The notes below the pieces were generated by a model. That model was not told the origin of the DNA. It worked only from the letters and a program-made list of their open reading frames with translations, and made no database searches. Position numbers and translations under genes: made by a program. From Patescibacteria group bacterium (GTDB taxonomy: Bacteria > Patescibacteriota > Patescibacteriia > 2-01-FULL-39-33), in NCBI GenBank assembly GCA_041649575.1, contig JBAZMW010000003.1, positions 159,559-191,558 on the forward strand: a stretch of 32,000 nt of DNA, written 5' to 3'. This document shows, piece by piece, positions 10,175 through 17,751 of this stretch. Within the stretch, counting starts at the first letter, position 1; the number at the start of each line of letters is the position of its first letter.

Positions 10175-10259
10175 GAGTAGTTCGGTAAGTAACCGAAAGC
10201 ACATCACAAAGGCAGCCCTGGTAATGACACCGGGGTTCGCAAGAGAAAAGGAGAAGACG

Positions 10260-11240
10260 ATGGGTACGGACACAGGAATAGAGGACGATGTGGTGATTAT
10301 TGGTGAGGACACCGGCATCGCTGACACCGGCATCGCTGACACAAAGACGAGTCGGCCGAAGCGTAAAGTCGGAATCTGGCGGATCGTGCTGGGCCTGATC
10401 GGCCTGGCGCTCATCGCCTTCGCGGCATTGACCGCGTACGGCCTGATCGTCAAGACCGACGCGATTGACCGGCGTGTCGTCGTGCTGGAAAATCGCGTCG
10501 ACGGTTTCGACGAACGCATCAAGGCCGGTGACGAGGCGGTCGAGGACATCTCCAAAGCCACCGACGATCTGTGGAGGCGAATGGCGAATGTCGAGAAACG
10601 CTTCGACAAGGATGGAGAATTCGCGAAGACCGTGGCCGCGGTTGCCAAGACCGCCGAAGACGTGACGGCGCTGCAAGCCGCGGTCGATGAAATCCCCGAT
10701 GCCATGGCCGAGGCCACAGCTGGAATCGAAGGCCGGGTCAAAGCCCTCGAAGACGGCGCCGCGCAGGCACAGGAGAGGGCCAGCCGCGAGCTCCTGATGC
10801 TCAAGGTTGCCGAGATCCGCCGCGCGAATCCGGCGAGCGATGTCAGCGCCATGAGCGACGCGGACATTGGCAAGACGCTGGCTGGCAAGGGCGGCAACGA
10901 TTTTCGCAAGAAGATTGAGGCCGCATACGTCAGCCTCGGAGCCAAGCCTGTCGTCACGGCACCAGCTCCGGCTCCAGCACCGGCACCAGCGCCAGCGGTA
11001 AATCTGGCTGAGGTAGAACGCCGGCTGGACGCGGCCGAGAAAGAAGTAAAACTTGTCGGGCAAGCCGCCAAAACCTTGGCGACGAATCCTGACAAGCCGA
11101 AGCACCTGGTGCGTGGCGCCAAGGCGAGGGCGCTCAAGCTGTTGGTGGATGTCCCCGACGACTTGCCACCCGCCTCCGCAAGACCGGCATCCCCGAAGAA
11201 GGACAACGTCATCCGGCCGGAGTTCGGGGACCGGCCGTAA
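10260..11240 (+). CDS. single-pass membrane protein with extracytoplasmic coiled coil and (PA)n linker, unknown function
   Basis: I place the start at ATG 10260 (AAGGAG 6 nt upstream), not the track start 10113, which overlaps the promoter. It has DTGI(A/E)D repeats, the TM helix IWRIVLGLIGLALIAFAALTAYGLIV, Ala/Glu-rich helices, and APAPAPAPAPAPA. One hand-counted 60-nt line is 62% GC, against 38% for a pyk line. Confidence 0.65.
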   Translation: MGTDTGIEDDVVIIGEDTGIADTGIADTKTSRPKRKVGIWRIVLGLIGLALIAFAALTAYGLIVKTDAIDRRVVVLENRVDGFDERIKAGDEAVEDISKATDDLWRRMANVEKRFDKDGEFAKTVAAVAKTAEDVTALQAAVDEIPDAMAEATAGIEGRVKALEDGAAQAQERASRELLMLKVAEIRRANPASDVSAMSDADIGKTLAGKGGNDFRKKIEAAYVSLGAKPVVTAPAPAPAPAPAPAVNLAEVERRLDAAEKEVKLVGQAAKTLATNPDKPKHLVRGAKARALKLLVDVPDDLPPASARPASPKKDNVIRPEFGDRP

Positions 11241-11274
11241 CACGTACCTTTGATCGCGCACCTCGTGCGTTAGC

Positions 11275-11320
11275 CCCCCCAGACTCTGGCAGTTTCATAG
11301 AGTCTGGGGGGTGAATTATT
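11275..11320 (+). terminator. hairpin terminator of unit A
   Basis: 12-13-bp stem CCCCCAGACTCT / AGAGTCTGGGGG with an 11-nt loop, followed by a weak T tract. Confidence 0.6.
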
Positions 11321-11344
11321 TTAGAGAGATTTTGCTTTTATATA

Positions 11345-11373
11345 TTGACTAAACAAGACAAAACTGATAAAAT
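11345..11373 (+). promoter_or_regulatory. sigma70-type promoter upstream of the tRNA-Asp region
   Basis: TTGACT, 17-nt spacer, TAAAAT. It is followed by ATATTTATGGATT, the same 13 nt that span the upstream edge and the 5' end of the intact tRNA-Asp. Confidence 0.55.
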
Positions 11374-11399
11374 TATTTTTGATATTTATGGATTACTGC

Positions 11400-11463
11400 C
11401 CCCGCCAGAATGACTCTGTCGGGCTGGCGCCCGACTGAACGGCGTTCAGCCGTTCGGGCGGGG
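11400..11463. repeat. degenerate member of the CCCCG-(Y)-(R)-GAAT three-way-junction element family
   Basis: Outer stem CCCCGCC / GGCGGGG encloses hairpins GTCGGGC-tggc-GCCCGAC and GAACGGC-gttca-GCCGTTC. Its 5' end CCCCGCCAGAAT resembles CCCCGTAGAAT of the next element. Confidence 0.5.
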
Positions 11464-11473
11464 CTCAGTCTTG

Positions 11474-11524
11474 CCCCGTAGAATACTGCTAAAGCAGTAG
11501 CGCCAGAGGCGCTATTCTACGGGG
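11474..11524. repeat. perfect 51-nt three-way-junction element (copy 1)
   Basis: 11-bp outer stem CCCCGTAGAAT / ATTCTACGGGG directly encloses ACTGC-taaa-GCAGT and AGCGCC-aga-GGCGCT, with no unpaired junction bases. Confidence 0.7.
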
Positions 11525-11528
11525 TGAA

Positions 11529-11563
11529 GTTAGAGCGCTCCCCCTGTCACGGAAGAGGGTCGC
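11529..11563 (+). pseudogene. decayed internal fragment of tRNA-Asp (D-stem 3' half to start of T-stem)
   Basis: GTTAGAGCGCTCCCCCTGTCACGGAAGAGGGTCGC matches GTTAGAGCGCTCCCCTGTCACGGGAGAGGTCGC of the intact gene, with 2 single-base indels and 1 mismatch. Confidence 0.7.
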
Positions 11564-11704
11564 CGTAGGCGACGGGCAGAAGCGAGCCATGAGCAAAGCG
11601 AATGAAACGAGCGTAGATGAATGCGACCATGGGAGCATTCGGCTCTGCCAGGAAACATCGGGTGCAACCCGCGACCGTCAAACTTTTTACAAGTTAATAT
11701 TTAT

Positions 11705-11778
11705 GGATTGGTAGCTCAGTTGGTTAGAGCGCTCCCCTGTCACGGGAGAGGTCGCGGGTTCGAGTCCCGTCCAGTCCG
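11705..11778 (+). tRNA. tRNA-Asp (anticodon GTC)
   Basis: Hand-folded cloverleaf with acceptor GGATTGG/CCAGTCC, D arm GCTC-AGTTGGTTA-GAGC, and anticodon arm CTCCC-CTGTCAC-GGGAG. T arm is GCGGG-TTCGAGT-CCCGT and the discriminator is G. CCA is not encoded. Confidence 0.9.
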
Positions 11779-11789
11779 CTGGATAAAAC

Positions 11790-11819
11790 AAAAATCACCC
11801 TTGCGGTGATTTTTGTTTT
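11790..11819 (+). terminator. terminator after tRNA-Asp
   Basis: ATCACC-cttgc-GGTGAT hairpin extended by A/T pairs, followed by TTTTGTTTT. Confidence 0.7.
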
Positions 11820-11956
11820 ACTACACGAAGTGGAGAGGGGCTCGAACGGGTTGGCAGCGAGGCAAATCCGAAGGATGCAGCCGAGCGTCAAAAATTGCGA
11901 GCTGGCGCAGCAATTTTTGCCAACCCAGGACAGAGTGAGCAAAGCGAACGCCGAGA

Positions 11957-11973
11957 AGTCCCGTCCAGTCCGC
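11957..11973 (+). repeat. 17-bp direct repeat of the tRNA-Asp 3' end (att-like scar)
   Basis: AGTCCCGTCCAGTCCGC is identical to 11763-11779. It is followed by its own terminator hairpin at 11984-12007. Confidence 0.75.
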
Positions 11974-11983
11974 ATTTTTCTAG

Positions 11984-12007
11984 TCAGCCCCAAGTGGGCT
12001 GATTTTT
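11984..12007 (+). terminator. terminator following the displaced tRNA 3' fragment
   Basis: TCAGCCC-caagt-GGGCTGA followed by TTTTTG. Confidence 0.65.
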
Positions 12008-12082
12008 GAGAATAAAAAAGAGCGGCGATCCACACGACGGTGAATCTCCCGCTCTACAATGTCCTGATAGCCTTTCAGCGGT

Positions 12083-12811
12083 TTATCCTCTGCCACCGCC
12101 GACCAGTGCGCGTAACGCGTTGAACATGCCATCAGCCACTTGTGTCCTTCGCGTATCCATGGACTCAAGCATGGCATCGATCCTGTCGAAGCCGTCTCGA
12201 CCGTACTCAAGAAGTGTTGGGCCATAGAATAGCCGCGTGAACAGTTCATTACCGACAAAACTCCATTCGGTGTAAGGCGTCTCTGAGTAACCGTCAGAGT
12301 TGTCGTGGATGTCGAAAACCCTGTTGGTGTGCGTACCGGCGATGAGAATATCGCCACCCTCGACTTGTCCGGTTACAGTCACCAACGCCTGTTGAAGCCT
12401 CTCCATAAAATACTCCTGGTACCACTCCCTGACTTTCGTCAGGACAATGTTTCTCGATTCCTCCGGAAGATTGGTGACAATGTGCCCGGTCTGCCTCGGA
12501 CTGAGCCTGACCATCGAGTTGCTGCTCAACTTGTCCAAGAACACGCCCAGACCGATGTTCAACCAGAGGCCATCCGTGAGGTTGAGAATGGGAGAGTTGA
12601 TGATAAAGATGTGTGTCCTAGCTTGATCTGGGTCCTGGGCAATTCGACGAATGACCTCCAGTCCGTCTTGTTGGTTGAGACAAAGGTGGGGACGAAAACA
12701 GCTTTCTTTCGCTTGCACTAGGGCAGCAATTCCCCTGTTAAGATCCTGGTGCAACTGTGACCGGTCGTCAAAGTCAACCAGTAGGGTGTGGCTTTTCTTC
12801 TGATCCGACAT
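12083..12811 (-). CDS. hypothetical protein (GC-rich unit B, leftward gene)
   Basis: Start moved to ATG 12811 (GAGGAG 6 nt upstream), giving MSDQKKSHTLLVDFDD... No TM helix and no motif I recognise. A hairpin plus T-run lies downstream on the minus strand at about 12008-12055. Confidence 0.6.
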   Translation of the reverse strand: MSDQKKSHTLLVDFDDRSQLHQDLNRGIAALVQAKESCFRPHLCLNQQDGLEVIRRIAQDPDQARTHIFIINSPILNLTDGLWLNIGLGVFLDKLSSNSMVRLSPRQTGHIVTNLPEESRNIVLTKVREWYQEYFMERLQQALVTVTGQVEGGDILIAGTHTNRVFDIHDNSDGYSETPYTEWSFVGNELFTRLFYGPTLLEYGRDGFDRIDAMLESMDTRRTQVADGMFNALRALVGGGRG

Positions 12812-12913
12812 ATTCTTCTCCTCGATGTTGACCAAAGAATGTACGATTGTTAAAAAGGTATACTAAATTAAGTATTTTGTCAAATACTAAAACATAATAA
12901 CTCATTATTACTA

Positions 12914-12942
12914 TTGACAAGCCTAATATCTTGTGCTAAACT
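12914..12942 (+). promoter_or_regulatory. sigma70-type promoter of the unit B rightward gene
   Basis: TACTATTGACAAG box: TTGACA 12914-12919, 17-nt spacer, TAAACT. Confidence 0.55.
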
Positions 12943-13021
12943 TACCAGTTATCGATTTTGAGTCAGTACTTTGTGTAGAGCACGACAAACCGGTTCCGTG
13001 ACATGAACAGGAGGACGACCA

Positions 13022-13399
13022 GTGAAAAACCACAATAGTTATGCCACTTACCAACCGAGCGACCAGCGGCTTCGCGAAGCCGACCACTGGGAGGTCTGGG
13101 ATAAGCTACCGCCCGAGCTCAAGTTTGAGGCAGTGGCGGCTCGCGACCCCTCTCTGACCGCTCTGTGTGCCCGAGACAAGGGCGTGTACGTCTGGGTATT
13201 CCCGCACGCTGTACCTTCGGTCCAAAGTGGCATTGGACCATTCATGGCTCTAGGGTCGCGACGCGGCAAGGATCGCATGGACTTCATCGTGACAACTCCT
13301 TCGGCGGATGACCCCATCGCGTTCGCCAAAGCCGAGAATGCGAGAAAGCTGAGGGAGCTGTCAAAGGGCGCCAAGGGTCCGAAGAACCATCAGAAATGA
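13022..13399 (+). CDS. hypothetical soluble protein (GC-rich unit B, rightward gene)
   Basis: GTG start with AGGAGG 7 nt upstream, 125 aa, no recognisable motif. A GCCGCA/TGCGGC hairpin plus T tract follows at about 13437-13466. Confidence 0.55.
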   Translation: MKNHNSYATYQPSDQRLREADHWEVWDKLPPELKFEAVAARDPSLTALCARDKGVYVWVFPHAVPSVQSGIGPFMALGSRRGKDRMDFIVTTPSADDPIAFAKAENARKLRELSKGAKGPKNHQK

Positions 13400-13516
13400 G
13401 ATGGGCGGTCGTCAAAGCCGCTACCGTCTCAACAACGCCGCATCAGCTACCTGGTGCGGCCGTTTTAAATAATAATTTTGTTATACAGATACCAAAAGAG
13501 TTAATTTCCATCCACT

Positions 13517-13670
13517 CCAGAGTCCTCCGCCTAAGCTAAAGTTTTGGCGGACAAGTAAAACCTGCCTTGACTCGCGTCAGGCCTGGCGTCGCCGAAGGCT
13601 ATGCCAAAGGCGCGTGAGGCAGGTCGTCCCGCAAGTCTCGGCAAAATAAACTCAGGACTCAATCACTTCC
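13517..13670. repeat. GC-rich structured intergenic element (family with 14605-14720)
   Basis: Nested stems GAGTCC/GGACTC, TCCGCC/GGCGGA and ACCTGCCT/AGGCAGGT. Contains the 17-nt motif GAGGCAGGTCGTCCCGC (13616-13632). Confidence 0.5.
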
Positions 13671-13746
13671 AAATCAATAAAATTTGCAAAAAGCGCTTTA
13701 TATTTGATATAATAAAAACACGACTTAAAAAATAATTTATCTAACT

Positions 13747-13950
13747 ATGCAAAAAATAGCTACAAGCATCTTTATCTTCGCGTCAATTGTTTTCGGCGTT
13801 ATAGGAATTTTAGTAGTTTTAACAATGCCAGGACCCGGCAGAACGAATTCGGATCTGAATGAATTATTTATTAGGCTTCTGTTCGCGACTGCCTTTATTA
13901 TACTGCCTTCATTTGCATTAAGCATCGCCGGTAAGTATCTAAAAAAATAG
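13747..13950 (+). CDS. small two-TM membrane protein
   Basis: 67-aa AT-rich ORF with two hydrophobic helices. A TTGCAA...TATAAT promoter-like sequence lies about 50 nt upstream, and a hairpin terminator follows at about 14083-14108. Confidence 0.5.
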   Translation: MQKIATSIFIFASIVFGVIGILVVLTMPGPGRTNSDLNELFIRLLFATAFIILPSFALSIAGKYLKK

Positions 13951-14187
13951 ATTCCGATTTTAAACTTCCTTAGTCCAGTCTTTATATCAGATGTTCTTCT
14001 TTTTTTAATTCCATTGGAATATCAACAATACCCCCGTGCTCTTAAAAAATTTACAATCTCAAAATTAATAAAAAAATCCCCATCAATGGGGGTATTTTTA
14101 TTTTCTGTCTTCTCTGGCGCCTATAATTACTGCCGCTATTACCAAAATTGTTAAAACCATAACTCCAAACAACATCATACCAAAATT

Positions 14188-14559
14188 TTACTTAATCTGT
14201 TTTTTCTTTTTAAACCAGCCGACGAGAAACAAGATGCCGATCAAAAACGCGACGCCGGAAAATTGTGCCGCCCATAATAATAAATACCACTCGAATTGAT
14301 TTCTCGCTAGCGCGGCCAGATACAACGCGCCAGCTAAAATAAAAATAGTTCCCCCAACAATTTCATATTTCCAAGAGATTATCAGAATAACCAGCAGCAC
14401 CAAGGCGGGAATATTGTGCATGAACAAACCGACAACCGTTCCCCAGAAACCCAGCTTCATATCGAAAATGTCCAGCGAAAACAACATCAAAAACAAAATA
14501 AACAAAATCGACAATATCCTTGGAATCCAATATATAAATCTATTAACATTATTCCTCAT
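14188..14559 (-). CDS. four-TM membrane protein, unknown function
   Basis: 123-aa hydrophobic ORF with host-like AT-rich composition. Confidence 0.55.
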   Translation of the reverse strand: MRNNVNRFIYWIPRILSILFILFLMLFSLDIFDMKLGFWGTVVGLFMHNIPALVLLVILIISWKYEIVGGTIFILAGALYLAALARNQFEWYLLLWAAQFSGVAFLIGILFLVGWFKKKKQIK

Positions 14560-14604
14560 ATTTATTGTTTTATTTATATAATCAGTCTTTGAGTTTATTA
14601 TACC

Positions 14605-14720
14605 ACTTCCTGCCCGTCTCGCCCAATCCGGAATTTTAAAACCCGCCCCGACTCAACGAGGCTGGTGCGAGGCAGGTTGTCCCGCGGTCAGAACAGCTGC
14701 CGGTCGGCGCCAAGGCGGCT
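14605..14720. repeat. GC-rich structured intergenic element (second copy of the family)
   Basis: Has the CCTGCC...CTCGC 5' arm and GCGAGGCAGG 3' arm. Contains GAGGCAGGTTGTCCCGC (14669-14685), which differs at 1 nt from the motif at 13616-13632. Confidence 0.5.
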
Positions 14721-14810
14721 GCTTTAAAAATTTTAATTTTTTGCAAGCTGCACCAATGAATGTTAAAAATATTTCTTAAAAATAAATCAACCTTAAAATT
14801 TCTGGTAAAT

Positions 14811-14840
14811 GAAAAAGGCCACCGCGACGTGCGATGGGCC
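14811..14840 (-). terminator. terminator of GC-rich unit C
   Basis: GGCC..CGC-gacgt-GCG..GGCC hairpin, followed on the minus strand by TTTTTC. Confidence 0.5.
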
Positions 14841-14861
14841 TGTAGTCACTTCGCCACCTGT

Positions 14862-15641
14862 TTAGGCGGCTTCGTAAAGGTTCTGGTTGTAGTACTCCAA
14901 CCGCAGACGGCCACGGCTGCCCTCGCCCGGTACGCCGACATACTTGGTGACGCCGCAGTTGCGAGGCTTTTGTTCTTCGTCCAGTACGATGAACTCCTCG
15001 GCCGAGAGACGTTCGTAGTTGGCGCGCAGAGCCAGAATGTTCAAGTGATGGGTGACGGCCAAAACCCTCTTGCCGGAAAATTCCCGGACCAGGGTGTTGG
15101 CCCAATCGCGGTTACGCTGGCGCACATCAGGAACATTCTCACCCTGAGGGTAGCGATACCAGTAGCGACCCTCCAATTGATACAACGCGCGCTGTTCCGG
15201 ATGAAGAGCAAAAAACACTCTCAAATCGTTGTAGACGTTGACCAGGCCGTGTTCCTGTTCCCGAATCCTTTCCTCTTCGTAGTACTTCACTCCTGCCAAC
15301 TCCGGCCAACCGGCAATTAGCCCCCGCCAGGTCGCCTGCGTGCGAGCGTAGGGAGAAACGAAGACTACATCAGGCAGGTCTTCTATCTTACTAAGCGCCA
15401 GCCCCGTCTTCGTTGCCCGCGTGGCTTCGGCATCAGCTAGAGGTGCATTGGCATCGCTTACACCGAGACGATACTTCTGCCACACCGCTATAGCCAATGC
15501 CCTACACCTATCAGTTTCTGGGTTTTCGTCATACTTTCTGACGAACTGCCGATAAAGATCGTCCGCCTCCTTCATCCACTTGAGCTGGTTGTAGGCAGAA
15601 ACATCGTGCCTTATGGCAATGATACAGGCTGGCCATTTCAT
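14862..15641 (-). CDS. histidine phosphatase superfamily protein (phosphoglycerate-mutase-like)
   Basis: Start set at MKWPAC (GAAGGAGG 10 nt upstream). Motifs are IIAIRHDVSAYN (an RHG-type box with D in place of G), VFVSPYARTQATW, EQEHG and VLAVTHHLNILAL. Confidence 0.65.
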   Translation of the reverse strand: MKWPACIIAIRHDVSAYNQLKWMKEADDLYRQFVRKYDENPETDRCRALAIAVWQKYRLGVSDANAPLADAEATRATKTGLALSKIEDLPDVVFVSPYARTQATWRGLIAGWPELAGVKYYEEERIREQEHGLVNVYNDLRVFFALHPEQRALYQLEGRYWYRYPQGENVPDVRQRNRDWANTLVREFSGKRVLAVTHHLNILALRANYERLSAEEFIVLDEEQKPRNCGVTKYVGVPGEGSRGRLRLEYYNQNLYEAA

Positions 15642-15821
15642 GGGCGTCAAGCCTCCTTCAAAAGTCACTCTCGCTGCTCTGGCAATCTGTCGTTACCGCC
15701 AGAAACCCAGAAATCCCTCTCGTCTATAAACCACATAAAGAACGGTTCCAGTTCATCGATCGCGTCGCTCCAAACGTCCTAATATTAAACGTTCAATCTC
15801 CCTTGTGTTGGAGAATAAATT

Positions 15822-15850
15822 ATTTTATTATATAAATTCCTTTTTGTCAA
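15822..15850 (-). promoter_or_regulatory. sigma70-type promoter of unit C
   Basis: On the minus strand: TTGACA, 17-nt spacer, TAAAAT. This leaves a leader of about 175 nt before the CDS. Confidence 0.55.
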
Positions 15851-15865
15851 CTGTCAAATTTTCTA

Positions 15866-15893
15866 AAACCCTCCCGATTAATCGGGAGGGTTT
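15866..15893. terminator. hairpin terminator after the pilin-like gene
   Basis: 12-bp stem AAACCCTCCCGA / TCGGGAGGGTTT with loop TTAA. Confidence 0.65.
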
Positions 15894-15917
15894 CAATTTT
15901 CAAACTCCGAGTTGCTT

Positions 15918-16433
15918 TTATTTTATTCCCAAAATTTCAAAAATCATTTTCAGAATAACATAGGAGAGAAAAATAATCACCAGGCCGGCAATCGCCCAGA
16001 TCATGGTGTTTTTGCCTTTAGTCACCCGGCCGGAATCGCCGCCGGAAACCATCCAGAGCAAGCCGCCGTAAATGAAAGCGATCAAAGCCAAGACTCCGGT
16101 GAACCCCAAGGCGGCGGTGATAATGTTTTTGGTGATGACTTGCACCGCCTCAATGCCTTTTTTGCCGCCGGTAATGCCCTCCAGGGGATCTTTCAGACTC
16201 TGGGCCGAACCAGCGCTGCCGCCAGAAACACCTGTACCTTCTGGAGCGGAAACACCTGTACCTTCGGCGACACATTCCCCAACCTCAGAAAAAGGGTCGG
16301 CAAAACTACAGATTTGACCAGGGCCGCAATCGGCTTTAGTAGTACAAGCTAAAACGATATTAGTGAGAGATAAAAATAAAAAAACAGAAAAACCAAAGAA
16401 TGTTAATATCAACCAACCGCTTTTTCTTTTCAT
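15918..16433 (-). CDS. secreted TrbC/VirB2-type (type IV secretion) pilin-like protein; tentative
   Basis: Signal/TM segment, a Cys-containing mature N-terminus, then two C-terminal TM helices separated by GGDSGRVTKGKN. This architecture is recalled from CPR T4SS-pilin families and was not verified. Confidence 0.45.
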   Translation of the reverse strand: MKRKSGWLILTFFGFSVFLFLSLTNIVLACTTKADCGPGQICSFADPFSEVGECVAEGTGVSAPEGTGVSGGSAGSAQSLKDPLEGITGGKKGIEAVQVITKNIITAALGFTGVLALIAFIYGGLLWMVSGGDSGRVTKGKNTMIWAIAGLVIIFLSYVILKMIFEILGIK

Positions 16434-16506
16434 AATATGTTATTAAATGGTATATATTAATTCAATTATAGCTAATGGCAAAAATAAAGTAAATAACAAT
16501 TTTAAC

Positions 16507-16550
16507 AAAAAGAAAAACGGCCCGAGTTGCGCGATGCAACCCTGGCCGTT
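16507..16550 (-). terminator. terminator of the three-gene GC-rich operon (unit D)
   Basis: AACGGCC...GGCCGTT stem with an inner GTTGC/GCAAC stem, followed on the minus strand by TTTTTCTTTTT. Confidence 0.65.
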
Positions 16551-16594
16551 GTAGAACCGGTTGGAATTGGAATAGGTGGGTGATACAAGGCCGA

Positions 16595-17182
16595 CTATGA
16601 GAAGCGTATTCTCCTGATATGGACCTCTCCAATGGAGAGGCCGTGGAGAACCAGCTGACCCTCACCGTCGATCTTGATCACCTCGTCGCTGGCGATCGTC
16701 TGATAACCGCCCGCCTTCTGCTTGATCTTGAAAGGAGCGGTTACGCGACTAAACTCCACGACGTCACCCGGGAAGATGGCCAGGCCGGAGCTGATCGGCT
16801 TACCAGGGCAGAACTTGATGTCCCTTTCCTCCACCGATCTGATCGTCTTGGCCTTGGGCAACGAGGGCAAGCGAATGGCGCTGACTTTCGCCGCCACCTT
16901 CGCCTTGGCGTCGACCAGGTACGCGGGACGATAGATCGTCACCAGGACCAAGGCCAGGCCTAGTCCAGCAGTGACGTAGAAAGCCTTTTTCTTGCCCATG
17001 GCCTCCCAGACGATCCCGCCGATACCCAGAAAAATCATCAGGGCAATAGTCGCCTGAATCGGAATCCTCGCATGCTGGTCGTCTTCCTGTGACCAGAAGA
17101 AGACGCCCAGGATAATCCCGATAACTACGGCGAAGGCAATCACCTTGCCAACCTTCTTAAGAAAACCCCAGGCTTCCTTCAT
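16595..17182 (-). CDS. membrane protein with C-terminal beta-rich domain (unit D, gene 3)
   Basis: Start at MKEAWGF (GGAAGGAGG upstream). Its ATG overlaps the stop of the upstream gene as ATGA. Three TM helices are followed by a ~95-aa soluble domain. Confidence 0.6.
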   Translation of the reverse strand: MKEAWGFLKKVGKVIAFAVVIGIILGVFFWSQEDDQHARIPIQATIALMIFLGIGGIVWEAMGKKKAFYVTAGLGLALVLVTIYRPAYLVDAKAKVAAKVSAIRLPSLPKAKTIRSVEERDIKFCPGKPISSGLAIFPGDVVEFSRVTAPFKIKQKAGGYQTIASDEVIKIDGEGQLVLHGLSIGEVHIRRIRFS

Positions 17183-17751
17183 GGCAGCATCCTCCTTCCT
17201 AGTAGCTTCCGCAAGATTTCGACTATGCCTTGGCCAGCCAGTTCGGACTTCAGATCCTTCCAGAATGTCCAACTCCCGGCACCCGTGGCACTTCCGGCAC
17301 CACCAGCACTTCCGCTGACCGTACCACGTTTGGTAGCACCGGCCAGGGTATTGTGTATAGCGTCAGCCAGCTCTTCGCGAAAGCTGAGTATCAGATACAC
17401 AATGGCTACTGGCCAAGTGAAGAAGGCCGCCTTCCACCACCACCATGACGGACAGTTATTGGCCGGTGACGGTGGCGTCTCATAGCCAAACACTTTGTCG
17501 AGCTGATGGAATATGTCTCGGCTGGCCGAGAAGAATAGCCCTTCGCCAAAGCCAACGAAGAATGCTTCCGCCGTGAAGACGATGGCGACGATAACCAGTC
17601 CGCAGGCACGGTAGTTATTGTTATACACCAGCCGCGCCGCCAGGTAGCCACAGTCGTAACTGATTCTCTCTGTCGTCATGCATGCCAGAAAGAGAAACAG
17701 CCCGACCGCTCCCGCCAAGAAGGCGAGATTGAGTATTATCCAGTTGATCAT
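17179..17751 (-). CDS. polytopic membrane protein with WWWW motif and Gly/Ser/Ala-rich tail (unit D, gene 2)
   Basis: 190-aa ORF with ATGA start/stop overlaps to both neighbouring genes. Confidence 0.6.
   Translation of the reverse strand: MINWIILNLAFLAGAVGLFLFLACMTTERISYDCGYLAARLVYNNNYRACGLVIVAIVFTAEAFFVGFGEGLFFSASRDIFHQLDKVFGYETPPSPANNCPSWWWWKAAFFTWPVAIVYLILSFREELADAIHNTLAGATKRGTVSGSAGGAGSATGAGSWTFWKDLKSELAGQGIVEILRKLLGRRMLP

Noticed and set aside
10113-10259. ORF-track start (TTG at 10113) for the unit A protein
   Set aside because: The extension overlaps the consensus promoter and the AT-rich leader. The ATG at 10260 has an AAGGAG RBS and coincides with the jump in GC content.
10154-11261. 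Two ~350-aa minus-strand ORFs (10154..11212 and 10158..11261) antisense to the unit A gene
   Set aside because: Long antisense ORFs are expected in GC-rich DNA. Their translations are low-complexity Ser/Ala/Arg strings without RBS or promoter support, whereas the plus-strand gene has a promoter, RBS, TM helix and terminator.
11393-11700. Region upstream of tRNA-Asp considered as an intron-containing or permuted tRNA gene
   Set aside because: Only 5 nt of the acceptor stem and a decayed 35-nt internal fragment are present. The D-arm 5' half, T-arm and acceptor 3' strand are missing in the right places, so it is better described as scars plus inserted hairpin repeats.
13517-13670. GC-rich structured element considered as SRP (4.5S) RNA because of GTCAGGCC...GAAGGC...GCCAAAGG
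   Set aside because: It lacks the conserved GGAAGCAGC domain IV sequence and the GGAA tetraloop context. A homologous second copy 1 kb away argues for a repeat family instead.
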